Source: Nitrosopumilus sp. (lineage in GTDB: Archaea; Thermoproteota; Nitrososphaeria; Nitrososphaerales; Nitrosopumilaceae). From it: a stretch of 64,000 nucleotides of DNA. Under the pieces are notes generated by a model. The model made no database searches and was not told the origin of the DNA. It saw only the letters and a list, made by a program, of their open reading frames with translations. Shown here piece after piece: positions 39,420-49,238 of this stretch. Position numbers and translations under genes: made by a program. Location: the NCBI GenBank assembly GCA_965205675.1, contig OZ242186.1, positions 320,001 to 384,000 of the forward strand, given 5' to 3'. How positions within the stretch are numbered: position 1 is the stretch's first letter; each line of letters begins with the position of its first letter.

Positions 39420-39602
39420 CTATCGTCTTTTTCTTCTTTGTCCAGGCTTGTTTTGACCCGGAAATCTGCCCAAGACAAATCGTTTCTTAAAGTTGCTTTT
39501 ATTACCAACACTAGAACTAGTACCTACAATCTTTCTACCTTCGACTTTGGGGGTTTGTCCCCGTACTTTACCTGCCTTGGTAAGTGAACCGTGTGTTGCC
39601 AT
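39420..39602 (-). CDS. rps30e: 30S ribosomal protein eS30
   Basis: HGSLTKAGKVRGQTPKV. Confidence 0.95.
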   Translation of the reverse strand: MATHGSLTKAGKVRGQTPKVEGRKIVGTSSSVGNKSNFKKRFVLGRFPGQNKPGQRRKRR

Positions 39603-39645
39603 GTTTTGAATGAAGAAGTAGTGAATTTATGTATTTGGATGGAAA

Positions 39646-41379
39646 TTACCAATATTTGGCTTTGACCGTCTCAATGACTTGTTCGTGTTCTTTACTCTTT
39701 CTACGGGCATATTTCTCCATTGCACCTAGAGGTACGCCGCCAAGAGATCTAGCAATTGCATTAAAAAAGTATCTTTGTGGACCTTTTGCACCTGTCTTGG
39801 TCATGAATTTTTGGATACCATATTTGAAATTGTGTTGCCATGTCTTGTAAAGAACTCCTAGTTGTGCAGGAGTCATTTCATTTCCAATATGGAAAAAGTC
39901 AGATTTTTCTAGTAATCCAATAGGAACAAAGGTCAATGCAGTAGCTGTAAACATTGAATCCGGTTGTTCTCGTTCCAATTCACTTAGCAATCTTATAGTC
40001 TCCCAAGAATCTTCAGGAGTTTCATCATTATCAAGTCCCATGATTAATGTGAATGCAGGAATCCAATAGTCCTGATTCAAAGTTTTCACACCTTCTTTTA
40101 CAACCCAGTGCCATTCAGATGGATCATATGGCGCAAGTTTTCTATCAGCATATTTGCCAATTAATCGAAGACTACCAGTTTCAAATCCTGCCTGAATGCC
40201 AATCATGTTATCTGGACTTGCTTTCATAATTCTAGATAAATTAGGAATTAATTTCTCATCAGCTATTGCACCTGCTAATGTACCATGAGTTGGGTTTGTG
40301 TGTTCAACTCCAGTAGACATGATTGCAGTGAATAATTCTTCTAATGCTTCTCGATTTGGTTCCATACCCTTTGCAGTTCTAGGATCCATACCATAAACGA
40401 AAATATCATCACTGTGAATCCATGCCGATTTTGAACCACCTTTCTTTATGTTAACTTCAATTTCTTTTTTGACTTTTTCTGGAGAATAATATCTCAATGA
40501 TCTTAATGTGACATCACAAAATTTACAACCTCTACCACAACCACGCATTACCTCAACCATTCCATGCATACTTGGCTCGACAATGTCGGGAATTTCTTCC
40601 AGTTCTGGCCTGTCCCAAAAATTGACAAATCTCCCATGAAGTTTTTTGCCATTTCTTTCAAATTCTTTAATGTTAACTTTGAAATCACTTCTTTTTCTGA
40701 AAGGATCCATATTTTCAAAATCATCGTTGATCAAATAGTTAAAGAAACGACCTGCATGTCCATCAATTTCAGGTGCAATGCCTCCAAGCTCTCCTTCTAA
40801 AATTGCATAGATACCAAATTCTTCAATCTTCTCTGGATCATAGTTGTATTGCCATGTTCCAGATGCACCAGAAATTACTTTGGCTTTACTGCCAGTTCTA
40901 GCTTTTGCAGCTTTAATTCTGCGATGTAATTCAGCATTGTAAAATTCATCATAAGATATTTGTTTTCTTCCATAAGTAAATGTCATAGTAACTGGACCCA
41001 TTCCAAGTGGATCCATTTCATAAGTTCCAACAACTTCAGTTTCAGGACCAATGAATTTTTCAATGTGGTTTGGGTGAGCAACGACAACGTCTTGTCTACT
41101 AAAACCATCACGAAGCAAGCCTGCTTCTAATTTTCTTAATCCATATGGAGCATATTTTGCGACACCATCAATATCAGGAGACCAATTACAAATGAAATCA
41201 AATAGAATTCTCGGAGTAACCTGATTTTTAAGAATTTTGTACCAAAAACTGCTTTTGTCTCTATTAGGGTCAAGTGCTGGAGCACATCCGAAAAACGTTG
41301 CAAGTGATAGACCTCTATAAGGCGACATGAGTGTTCTATCAGCAGTTAATACAATTTTTGGATGACCCATACTCTTCAT
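39646..41379 (-). CDS. Radical SAM protein, GDGT ring synthase (GrsA/GrsB)-like
   Basis: KIVLTADRTLMS, APYGLRKLEA, DPLGMGP, EVMRGCGRGCKFC, GFETGS and TLIMGL motifs. Confidence 0.75.
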   Translation of the reverse strand: MKSMGHPKIVLTADRTLMSPYRGLSLATFFGCAPALDPNRDKSSFWYKILKNQVTPRILFDFICNWSPDIDGVAKYAPYGLRKLEAGLLRDGFSRQDVVVAHPNHIEKFIGPETEVVGTYEMDPLGMGPVTMTFTYGRKQISYDEFYNAELHRRIKAAKARTGSKAKVISGASGTWQYNYDPEKIEEFGIYAILEGELGGIAPEIDGHAGRFFNYLINDDFENMDPFRKRSDFKVNIKEFERNGKKLHGRFVNFWDRPELEEIPDIVEPSMHGMVEVMRGCGRGCKFCDVTLRSLRYYSPEKVKKEIEVNIKKGGSKSAWIHSDDIFVYGMDPRTAKGMEPNREALEELFTAIMSTGVEHTNPTHGTLAGAIADEKLIPNLSRIMKASPDNMIGIQAGFETGSLRLIGKYADRKLAPYDPSEWHWVVKEGVKTLNQDYWIPAFTLIMGLDNDETPEDSWETIRLLSELEREQPDSMFTATALTFVPIGLLEKSDFFHIGNEMTPAQLGVLYKTWQHNFKYGIQKFMTKTGAKGPQRYFFNAIARSLGGVPLGAMEKYARRKSKEHEQVIETVKAKYW

Positions 41380-41421
41380 GGAAATAATTTTCTGATTTAT
41401 TTTAAACCTTGCTAGTCAAAT

Positions 41422-42234
41422 CTAGTAATTTTCTAAGATTCCAGCCTTGTTTCTATGTAAATGGCCGAATTCTTTGTTCGTGGATAAATGGTTTCCATCA
41501 AAAACAGTTCCATCTCTGCAGACAAGATCTTCACCGACACAACAGCTACCACAAATTCCAACTCCACACTTCATCATTCTCTCAAGACTAGCTTGAACAA
41601 AGATATTTCTTGAATGGGCAGACTGGACGGTTTTGTACATCATAATTTCGGGACCACATACATATACGGCATCAAACTGAGTTTTGTTTACTAATTTTTC
41701 AACCATGTCAGTAACAAATCCCTTTTCACCATAGCTCCCATCATCAGTAGAAACAATCACACGATGTGGATTATTTTTCAATAAATCATTTGCCAAATCT
41801 TCAAAGAATACTTCATCCTTTGTTTTTGAACCCATTAGTACAGTTACATCATCGGTAGCTTTTACAGTAGTAAGTAGTCGCATCATAGGAACTAAGCCAG
41901 TTCCACCACCAACTAGCAAAAGTTTTCCCTCTTTTACATCAAAAGAATTTCCATATGGGCCTCTAATCCCAATTTGTCCACCAACTGGAACATTAAACAA
42001 GCCAGTAGAAGAAGGCCCATGTTTTCTAACAGTGAATGCAGCTTTGCCAGATTCTCTTGAAATCATTACACTCATTGGCAATTCATTAACTCCAGGTATC
42101 CAAACCATAGCAAATTGTCCAGGTAAAACATTTGGCATTACATCATCAGAGAAAACTAGAGTTCTAACAGTCGGTGTTTCATCTACCACTCTTTCAATTG
42201 TAACAATTGTTGGATGATTAAGATTTCTTTGCAA
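41422..42234 (-). CDS. pyrK: Dihydroorotate dehydrogenase electron transfer subunit
   Basis: PGQFAMVW, RGPYGN, GGGTG, CGPE and MKCGVGICGSC...C motifs. Confidence 0.93.
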   Translation of the reverse strand: MQRNLNHPTIVTIERVVDETPTVRTLVFSDDVMPNVLPGQFAMVWIPGVNELPMSVMISRESGKAAFTVRKHGPSSTGLFNVPVGGQIGIRGPYGNSFDVKEGKLLLVGGGTGLVPMMRLLTTVKATDDVTVLMGSKTKDEVFFEDLANDLLKNNPHRVIVSTDDGSYGEKGFVTDMVEKLVNKTQFDAVYVCGPEIMMYKTVQSAHSRNIFVQASLERMMKCGVGICGSCCVGEDLVCRDGTVFDGNHLSTNKEFGHLHRNKAGILENY

Positions 42235-43129
42235 GTCCTACCATGTCCTTTATTGTAGAATACCCTTTTCTGTTCATGTAATCTAAGATCCCTTTGTTAA
42301 TATCATCAAAAACCCTAACCCAATTATCACCTATTGCGCTACCAAGTTGAACAGCAGAAGCACCTGCTAAGAAAAATTCAATTGCATCCTCCCATGAAGA
42401 AATTCCGCCACATCCAATGACTGGAATATCGTACTTTGAAGAAATTTCATAAACGCATCTTAGTGCAATAGGTTTGATTGGAGTCCCAGACAACCCTCCA
42501 AATTTATTACTAAGAATGGGTAGCTGAGTTTCCACATCAATTACCATTGCACGAATAGTATTAATGGCAGTAATTGCATCAATTCCACAATCAATTGCAG
42601 TACTAACAGTGTTGAGATAATTACTAGTTCCCAAACCGACCTTGGCAACTACAGGAACATCTGTGGTATTTTTTACAGTAGATATGATGGCTTTAACTAA
42701 TCCCGGATCATCGCCAACTTCTAAACCAACCTTAGCAACATGGGGACAAGATAAATTCAATTCATACGCTTTGATCTTGCAATTTTCAAATTCTTTTATC
42801 ATAGTTTCAAAATCTTCAGGTACAGAACCAACCAAACTAACAATGATTGGAACATCTTGATTTGATTCAATCATTTTAGCAAAATTCACAGCACCAGGAT
42901 TTGATAATCCCACTGCGTTTATCCATCCGCCACCTTTTACACTAAAGATGGTGGGGTTTGGATATCCTTCCCAAGGTGCAGTACTAAGCGATTTTGTAAC
43001 AACAGCACCCGCACCTGATGCATAAAGTCGATTAAACACATCTAATGATATGCCTAAAATTCCAGATGCCAACATTACAGGTTTATCTAATTGAATTTGA
43101 CCTATGGAAGTTGCAATACTGGGTTCCAC
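42218..43129 (-). CDS. pyrD: Dihydroorotate dehydrogenase, catalytic subunit
   Basis: LASG, VTKS, NAVGLSNPG, ELNLSCPH, INT and GGLSG motifs. GTG at 43129 preferred. Confidence 0.93.
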   Translation of the reverse strand: MEPSIATSIGQIQLDKPVMLASGILGISLDVFNRLYASGAGAVVTKSLSTAPWEGYPNPTIFSVKGGGWINAVGLSNPGAVNFAKMIESNQDVPIIVSLVGSVPEDFETMIKEFENCKIKAYELNLSCPHVAKVGLEVGDDPGLVKAIISTVKNTTDVPVVAKVGLGTSNYLNTVSTAIDCGIDAITAINTIRAMVIDVETQLPILSNKFGGLSGTPIKPIALRCVYEISSKYDIPVIGCGGISSWEDAIEFFLAGASAVQLGSAIGDNWVRVFDDINKGILDYMNRKGYSTIKDMVGLAKKS

Positions 43130-43524
43130 TTTGATTAATGAGCCTGGGTTTGAATATAACAGTTGATTCTGCAAAAACTACACTAATTGGTATCAAAAAT
43201 AATAAAAAATAAGAGAGTGGGGATATTTCAACTTAATCCACGAGTGTCTATTAGGCCCCTATTATTTTGTCATATGTTATGAATCTTGAATACTCATTAC
43301 CTCTAGTTGCACATGACACAGTTTGAGCATCATCATCAGATCATCAAAATAAGTTCTGATGCGAAATAATTTGTTCTAAGATGTATTAAATATATTCACG
43401 TTCTAATAGTTTTTCAACAGAAGTAGAACAAGTGAGCACAAATTCTCCCCATAAATTAGTCCATGTTTCATACTTGATTTCATAACTCTCAATAGTCTGA
43501 GGCAAACATTTGCTAGAAATATCT

Positions 43525-43841
43525 AGCATTAATCCCAAAATCAAATAGCTGATCAGAATCAACTATTTTGAATAATCAATATTGATGGTGTGTCAAATTG
43601 TGTATATGAGAATAGTTTGTCTTGTATTTGTTACATCTCAGATTTTCTCTACTCATCAGACAATTTTTTGGAGAATCACACTTGGGACAGCATATGGAAT
43701 TTGTGCTGTTGAATCCTTTACACAGAAATTCTAATAATGTTGATTTGGCTGAAACAATTTTGGATAATTCAATAAGATTGATTCTTTTTTCTAATAATTA
43801 GACAGAAATAGTTGGGGTTATAGATTTACAATCACCAGCAA
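43525..43841 (-). mobile_element. IS1595-like transposase N-terminal (zinc ribbon) remnant
   Basis: NLIELSKIVSAKSTLLEFL...SICCPKCDS...LRCNKYK then LFDLG. The start region is homologous to 3918..4045. Confidence 0.6.
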
Positions 43842-43888
43842 ATATACTGAAAAGTTATATTTAAAAGGTGATCTAGAATCAACTAGTC

Positions 43889-45277
43889 ATGTATTCTGTA
43901 GTTTTAACAGAGTTAGGAATCTCAGTTTTTAATGATGGTGAACTAGACAAAGCATTTCCTTTCTCAAATGCAGTAAAAGAATATCTATTAATAAAAAATA
44001 AAAAATCAAAATTAAATGAACTTGTAAATTATTTAACATCAACACAAAGAGGTTTTTCTGTTAGTGATGAATCATTACTTGCAATTTTAAAAAAACATTC
44101 AATTGATTGTCATTTGATGGAAGAAGCAGAATTAGATACAATTCAAGAAAACAAACCACAGATTATTGTGGATTCCGGTTTTGCATCAAATCTACAAGAT
44201 ACACTTGGAAAACTAAGAGAATTTGCTCTAGGGTTATCATCTTCAAAAGTTACCGAGGTATCAGCGAGTCCAGATCTTCATATTATTCAAGCAATTAATT
44301 CCCTAGATGAAATTGACAAGATTGCAAACGGACTAAGTTCAAGATTAAGAGAATGGTATGGATTGCATTTTCCAGAATTAGATAACATAATTGACAGCAT
44401 CAACGGATATGCACAAATAGTAATGGCTGGAAAACGAGAATCCCTAACCAAACAAGTGTTTGAGGAAGCAGGTTTTCCAGAATCAAAAGTAGAAATGTTA
44501 TCATTAATTTCATCAAAAAGTAGAGGAGGAGATATTTCAGATATTAATTTAATAATTGTACAGTCAATTGCTAAACAAGTTTTAGACTTTCATGAGCTAC
44601 GTAAAAAACTTGAAGAACATGTTGAAACAGAAATGCAAGTCATTGCACCAAACCTTTCAGCCATACTTGGTACAGCAGTTGGTGCAAGAATTTTAGGAAG
44701 ATCTGGAAGTCTCAAAAAAATGGCATCACTTCCTGCTAGTACAATACAAGTCCTAGGAGCTGAAAAAGCATTATTTAGATCATTAAAAACTGGGTCCCAA
44801 CCACCAAAACATGGATTGTTATTTCAGCATGCTATGGTGCATGCAGCTCCAAGATGGCAAAGAGGAAAAATTGCTCGTGCTGTAGCTGCAAAAGCAGTAA
44901 TCGCTGCAAGAGTGGATGTTTATGGTGAGGGACTAAACCAAACTTTGCTAGATAAACTTAACATCAGAGTTGATGAAATAGGTAAAAAATATGAAAATCC
45001 TACTGAAAAAGACATTAGACCCCCTCTATCGTTTAGAAGAGACGGTGGAGATAGAAGGAGAGACGGTGGAGATAGAAGGAGAGAAGATAGAGGTAGAAGG
45101 AGAGACGGTGGAGATAGAAGGAGAGACGGTGGAGATAGAAGGAGAGAAGATAGAGGTAGAAGGAGAGACGGTGGAGATAGAAGGAGAGACGGTGGAGATA
45201 GAAGGAGAGAAGATAGAGGTAGAAGGAGAGAAGAAACAAATTCAAATAGAAAGAGAAAAAAGTTTGGAAGACGATAA
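43889..45277 (+). CDS. nop5: Box C/D sRNP protein Nop5 (Nop56/58)
   Basis: LREWYGLHFPEL, IAPNL, PASTIQVLGAEKALF and PKHGLLFQH motifs. Confidence 0.95.
   Translation: MYSVVLTELGISVFNDGELDKAFPFSNAVKEYLLIKNKKSKLNELVNYLTSTQRGFSVSDESLLAILKKHSIDCHLMEEAELDTIQENKPQIIVDSGFASNLQDTLGKLREFALGLSSSKVTEVSASPDLHIIQAINSLDEIDKIANGLSSRLREWYGLHFPELDNIIDSINGYAQIVMAGKRESLTKQVFEEAGFPESKVEMLSLISSKSRGGDISDINLIIVQSIAKQVLDFHELRKKLEEHVETEMQVIAPNLSAILGTAVGARILGRSGSLKKMASLPASTIQVLGAEKALFRSLKTGSQPPKHGLLFQHAMVHAAPRWQRGKIARAVAAKAVIAARVDVYGEGLNQTLLDKLNIRVDEIGKKYENPTEKDIRPPLSFRRDGGDRRRDGGDRRREDRGRRRDGGDRRRDGGDRRREDRGRRRDGGDRRRDGGDRRREDRGRRREETNSNRKRKKFGRR
45038..45226 (+). repeat. Higher-order tandem repeat: 3 x 63 bp, each made of 21-bp monomers A-A-B
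   Basis: (RDGGDRR RDGGDRR REDRGRR)x3, perfect at DNA level. Confidence 0.95.
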
Positions 45278-45938
45278 TCAGTCATTTTTTTGGATCAAGT
45301 CAGAAGGACAAGAAAAATTAGCTACAAAAAATATGGTTCCTAGAAATCAGGTGTACAAAGAAAAATTAATCATTAAAAAAAATATAGAATACAGATTATG
45401 GGATCCATTTAGAAGTAAATTAGCAGCGGCAATCATGAATGATCTTAATTGTTTTCCTTTTGAAAATAAAAATAAAATTCTGTATTTAGGAGCATCTACT
45501 GGTACAACCGTCAGTCACATCTCAGATATTGTAGGACATAATGGAATAGTTTTTGCAGTAGAGCATGCAAGTAGAGTTATAAGAGATTTTTTAGATAGAG
45601 TTGCATCATACAGAAAAAACATTGTTCCAATTCTTCAAGACGCAAGAAAACCCAAAGAATATTTCTCAGTATTTGGAAAAGTAGATGTTGTTTATGTAGA
45701 TATTGCACAACCAGATCAAACACAAATTGCAATTGATAACTGTGAAATGTTTCTAAAAAAAAGAGGTTATTTCTTTCTAGTTATCAAAACTAGGAGTATT
45801 GATGTCACAAAGGCACCAAAAAGAATTGTTGATGAAGAAATAGAGAAATTAAAATCAAGATTTGATATTTTGCAGATTATTGATCTTCATCCTTATGACA
45901 AAGACCATGCAATGGTAATTGCAAAATTCAAAGATTAG
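45264..45938 (+). CDS. flpA: Fibrillarin-like rRNA/tRNA 2'-O-methyltransferase
   Basis: EYRLWDPFRSKLAAAI, LYLGASTGTTVSH and DIAQPDQ motifs. TTG at 45264 preferred over 44991. Confidence 0.93.
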   Translation: MEDDNQSFFWIKSEGQEKLATKNMVPRNQVYKEKLIIKKNIEYRLWDPFRSKLAAAIMNDLNCFPFENKNKILYLGASTGTTVSHISDIVGHNGIVFAVEHASRVIRDFLDRVASYRKNIVPILQDARKPKEYFSVFGKVDVVYVDIAQPDQTQIAIDNCEMFLKKRGYFFLVIKTRSIDVTKAPKRIVDEEIEKLKSRFDILQIIDLHPYDKDHAMVIAKFKD

Positions 45939-46555
45939 TTATTGTCAATTATTTTCTGAATAGGTTTCCAACTTTTACGCACAAATTTAGGCATTTCATG
46001 ATTTTTTTTATAATATTTTGTTATGAATTTCACAGTTACAGAATCAGAAGGATAACCACTACCCAAATTATGATCTTTTCGTAATTTTGTAATTGCCCTA
46101 TCTCTGGTAACTTTGGCAAGAATAGATGCTGCAGATACTACAACAAATCTACTATCTGCACGATGATATGACTTGATCTTGTGATTATCAGATAATCTGG
46201 ATACTTCTTTTCCAAATCTGCTAGGATTGACATCACATGAATCAACATATGAAATATCAGGATCTAATTTTGCAACAACTTTTGCCATATATTTTGCCTC
46301 TAAACCATTTAGACAATGTTTCTTTACACTAGCATCAATAAATCTAGGAGAAATTTTCGCAATGTAATAATCATCAACAATTGTAATGATTTTTTTATAA
46401 AATTCCTCACGTAATTTTGGACTGAGTTTTTTTGAATCCTTTACACCTAGGGTGTTTAATTTTTTTATATTTTTTTTATCTAATGATATTCCAGCTATTA
46501 CTAAAGGGCCCAACATTGGACCACGTCCAGCATCATCAATGCCACAAACTTGCAT
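45935..46555 (-). CDS. rnhB: Ribonuclease HII
   Basis: GIDDAGRGP, DSKKL, AASILAKVTRD, GSGYPSD and RKSW motifs. Confidence 0.95.
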   Translation of the reverse strand: MQVCGIDDAGRGPMLGPLVIAGISLDKKNIKKLNTLGVKDSKKLSPKLREEFYKKIITIVDDYYIAKISPRFIDASVKKHCLNGLEAKYMAKVVAKLDPDISYVDSCDVNPSRFGKEVSRLSDNHKIKSYHRADSRFVVVSAASILAKVTRDRAITKLRKDHNLGSGYPSDSVTVKFITKYYKKNHEMPKFVRKSWKPIQKIIDNN

Positions 46556-46598
46556 TGATTTTGTCCCAAAACACAAGTATTAAACCATTATATGTATA

Positions 46599-47765
46599 GT
46601 GAGAATTGAAACCCAGTTGAAATTTTCAGATGAACCTCTTCGAGAAATAGTTGAGGGTAAAACAAAATTGTTAGTCCCAAAAAAATCCATTACAGACAAA
46701 GTACCTCCAAAGAAACCTGCATTTTTTAATCCAAAGGCAAAACTAACCCGGGATTTTTCAATAATTGCATATACTGCATTTCTTAAGAGATTTGAAGGTC
46801 CAAAAATTTTCTTAGAAGGGCTTTCAGGTATTGGTGCAAGAGGACTACGTGTCGCAAATGAATTAGAAATTGACAAAATTGTGATTAATGATCTAAATCC
46901 ATTTGCACTCAAAATGGCAAAATACTCTGCAAATCTAAATGAAATAAAAAATATTAAATTTTCTGAAAAAGAAGCATGTCAATTTTTTAGCAATTATTCA
47001 AAAAAAGGAAAACGGGGCTCAATTGTAGATATAGACCCATTTGGTTCTCCTGCTGCATTTTTTGACTGTGGAATTAGAGCCACAATGCATGGAGGAATAT
47101 TATCGACTACAGCCACAGATCTCCAAGTCCTAAATGGTCTCTTTCAGAGTGCATGTAAGAGAAAGTATGGGGGAATTCCAGTTAGAACAGAGTATGGTAA
47201 CGAAATTGCAATCAGATTGATTCTAGGTTCACTTAGAGTAGTAGCTGCAAGATTAGGAGTAGAAATTATTCCGGTGTTTGTTGAAAGTGAAATGCATTAT
47301 TATCGAACATATGTCAAAATTAGAAATAGACCAGATCAACAAGAAAATCTAGGATATATTTTACATTGTAAAAATTGTGGTCACAGAATAATCATACTAG
47401 AACAACAACAAGAATGTGAATTATGTAAATCAAAAGCAAGTATAGCAGGACCTTTATGGATAGGAAAAATTTTTGATAAAGAGTTTATTCAAAAAATGAT
47501 TGAAGAAAATTTTAGATTAGAAACAGATAAAATATGTGAGAAAACGTTGTACAAATGTTTAGACGAATCAGAAATGTCCGGGACTTATTTTACAGTAGAT
47601 GAGATTGCATCACTTATGAAATCATCACCACCAAAATTAGAAAAAATAATTACAAGTTTACGAAAAAATAATTTTTCAGCTAGTGCTACAGTTTTTAATC
47701 CTACAGGATTTAAAACCAATGCAAACATTAATGAAATAATTAAAATTTTTCAGACTATCCAGTAA
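46599..47765 (+). CDS. trm1: tRNA (guanine26-N2)-dimethyltransferase
   Basis: FFNP, GIGARGLR, IDPFGSP, TATD and GPLWIG motifs. Confidence 0.93.
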   Translation: MRIETQLKFSDEPLREIVEGKTKLLVPKKSITDKVPPKKPAFFNPKAKLTRDFSIIAYTAFLKRFEGPKIFLEGLSGIGARGLRVANELEIDKIVINDLNPFALKMAKYSANLNEIKNIKFSEKEACQFFSNYSKKGKRGSIVDIDPFGSPAAFFDCGIRATMHGGILSTTATDLQVLNGLFQSACKRKYGGIPVRTEYGNEIAIRLILGSLRVVAARLGVEIIPVFVESEMHYYRTYVKIRNRPDQQENLGYILHCKNCGHRIIILEQQQECELCKSKASIAGPLWIGKIFDKEFIQKMIEENFRLETDKICEKTLYKCLDESEMSGTYFTVDEIASLMKSSPPKLEKIITSLRKNNFSASATVFNPTGFKTNANINEIIKIFQTIQ

Positions 47766-48348
47766 AACCTAGGCATATAAGATATAATTCACTACTTTGT
47801 TTTCTACTAGCATCAGGTTTTGTTAGATTTATTCTGGCAAATTTTTTCTTGATATAATCTCTAAATTCCATTGAGAATTCACCATCAAAAACTTTGAAAA
47901 CAGCATTTCCTTTATGTGCTAAAACTTTGTCCATAATTTTTGTACACTCATAATTTAATGAGATTTGTTTTGCATGATCAACAGACCAATTTCCACTTAT
48001 TTGAGGAGAAAGATCACAAATTACAGCGTTAACTTTACGTCCAAAATATGATATTACATCATCTACTATGTGTTCATCTTCAATATTTTCTCGAATAATG
48101 TGTGCACCGGGAATTTCTTCAACATAAGATAAATCTATGCCCATCACTTTTCCCTGATTTCCAACTAACTTCATAGCCATTTGAGTCCACCCTCCAGGTG
48201 CACAACCAAGATCTAGTACGTTAAAACCTGGCCCTATCAAACGATATGAACGATTCAATTCTTGTAATTTGAAAGCAGCTCTACTTCGAAAACCTTGCTC
48301 ATGAGCTAATCTACGATAATAATCTTTTCGCGCATCTGCTAATTTCAT
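47755..48348 (-). CDS. rlmE: 23S rRNA 2'-O-methyltransferase RlmE/FtsJ
   Basis: RSRAAFKL, DLGCAPGGW and KPDASRKQSSE motifs. Confidence 0.93.
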   Translation of the reverse strand: MKLADARKDYYRRLAHEQGFRSRAAFKLQELNRSYRLIGPGFNVLDLGCAPGGWTQMAMKLVGNQGKVMGIDLSYVEEIPGAHIIRENIEDEHIVDDVISYFGRKVNAVICDLSPQISGNWSVDHAKQISLNYECTKIMDKVLAHKGNAVFKVFDGEFSMEFRDYIKKKFARINLTKPDASRKQSSELYLICLGFTG

Positions 48349-49187
48349 TTGGCCTTCACAGGTTTTTTCAATTCGGCAATTACCCAATCTTCAATGAATT
48401 GACAATTTTTCGGACTAATCTCACCTTCAAGAGAACATTTCTGTTCAACAGGACAAACCAAACACGGTGCATTCTCAATTGATTGTGTACTAATCGGCGT
48501 CTTCTTTAAAATTAGCTTGTAAGTCCAACGATTATTTTCAAGAAGCTTTTCTCTAGTGATTGTACCCATTCTTTCAAGTTTTAGTGCTAAACGGGAACCA
48601 ATTTGATTTGTGAGTTTGAGTTTTTTCCACAATTCACCTTGAAACATTCCATCAGATTCTTTTTCGGCTAAAATATCACAAACTTTGTTAGTTAATCTCT
48701 CCATGTCAACTTTTTCAATTTGGAAATTTTCAATTTCTTCATCAGATAACTGTTCTTCTAATTCCTCTTCGAGGGTTAACTCCGCGATTCTTTTTTCTTC
48801 TTCTAATTCTTTTTTTGTTAATTTTTTTGGTTTTACATGTTTTGCCTCAGATTTTTTTGCTGTTTTCTTTACAGGTTTTGCCTCAGATTTTTTTGCTGTT
48901 TTCTTTACAGGTTTTGCCTCAGATTTTTTTGCTGTTTTCTTTACAGGTTTTGCCTCAGATTTTTTTGCTGTTTTCTTTACAGGTTTTGCCTCAGATTTTT
49001 TTGCTGTTTTCTTTACAGGTTTTGCCTCAGATTTTTTTGCTGTTTTCTTTACAGGTTTTGCCTCAGATTTTTTTGCTGTTTTCTTTACAGAAGAATCTAA
49101 AAGTTTCTTTGTCTTTTTTGATTCATTCAAATTAGCCTTGATTTTTTCAACCTCTTCAACTGGTGCATCTTTTTTCTTTGTCATCAA
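48345..49187 (-). CDS. TFE-beta / RPC34-like transcription factor (winged helix + C-terminal Fe-S motif) with Lys-rich repeat N-terminus
   Basis: GMFQGELWKKLKLT...LERMGTITRE...WTYKL and PCLVCPVEQKC...ISPKNCQFIEDW. Confidence 0.75.
   Translation of the reverse strand: MMTKKKDAPVEEVEKIKANLNESKKTKKLLDSSVKKTAKKSEAKPVKKTAKKSEAKPVKKTAKKSEAKPVKKTAKKSEAKPVKKTAKKSEAKPVKKTAKKSEAKPVKKTAKKSEAKHVKPKKLTKKELEEEKRIAELTLEEELEEQLSDEEIENFQIEKVDMERLTNKVCDILAEKESDGMFQGELWKKLKLTNQIGSRLALKLERMGTITREKLLENNRWTYKLILKKTPISTQSIENAPCLVCPVEQKCSLEGEISPKNCQFIEDWVIAELKKPVKAK
48839..49090 (-). repeat. 36-bp tandem repeat, 7 copies (VKKTAKKSEAKP)
   Basis: Plus-strand unit GTTTTGCCTCAGATTTTTTTGCTGTTTTCTTTACAG, perfect copies. 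Confidence 0.96.
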
Positions 49188-49238
49188 ATCATCCTATTTT
49201 TTAAATTTAATATCTTAATTATCAACAAGATTTCATTC

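Noticed and set aside
44991-45263. N-terminal extension of fibrillarin (ETVEIEG repeats) or a Nop5-fibrillarin frameshift fusion
   Set aside because: The open +1 frame follows from the purine-rich Nop5 repeat. TTG at 45264 gives a normal-length fibrillarin, and I saw no convincing slippery site.
44920-45285. Minus-strand Leu/Ser/Pro and Phe/Tyr/His repeat ORFs
   Set aside because: Antisense shadows of the Nop5 repeat.
30429-49090. Tandem arrays as CRISPR arrays
   Set aside because: Units are head-to-tail without spacers, lie in frame inside genes, and no cas genes are present.
48685-49218. Plus-strand repetitive ORFs (FTGFASDFFAVF, CLRFFCCFLYRF)
   Set aside because: Antisense shadows of the 36-bp lysine-rich repeat.
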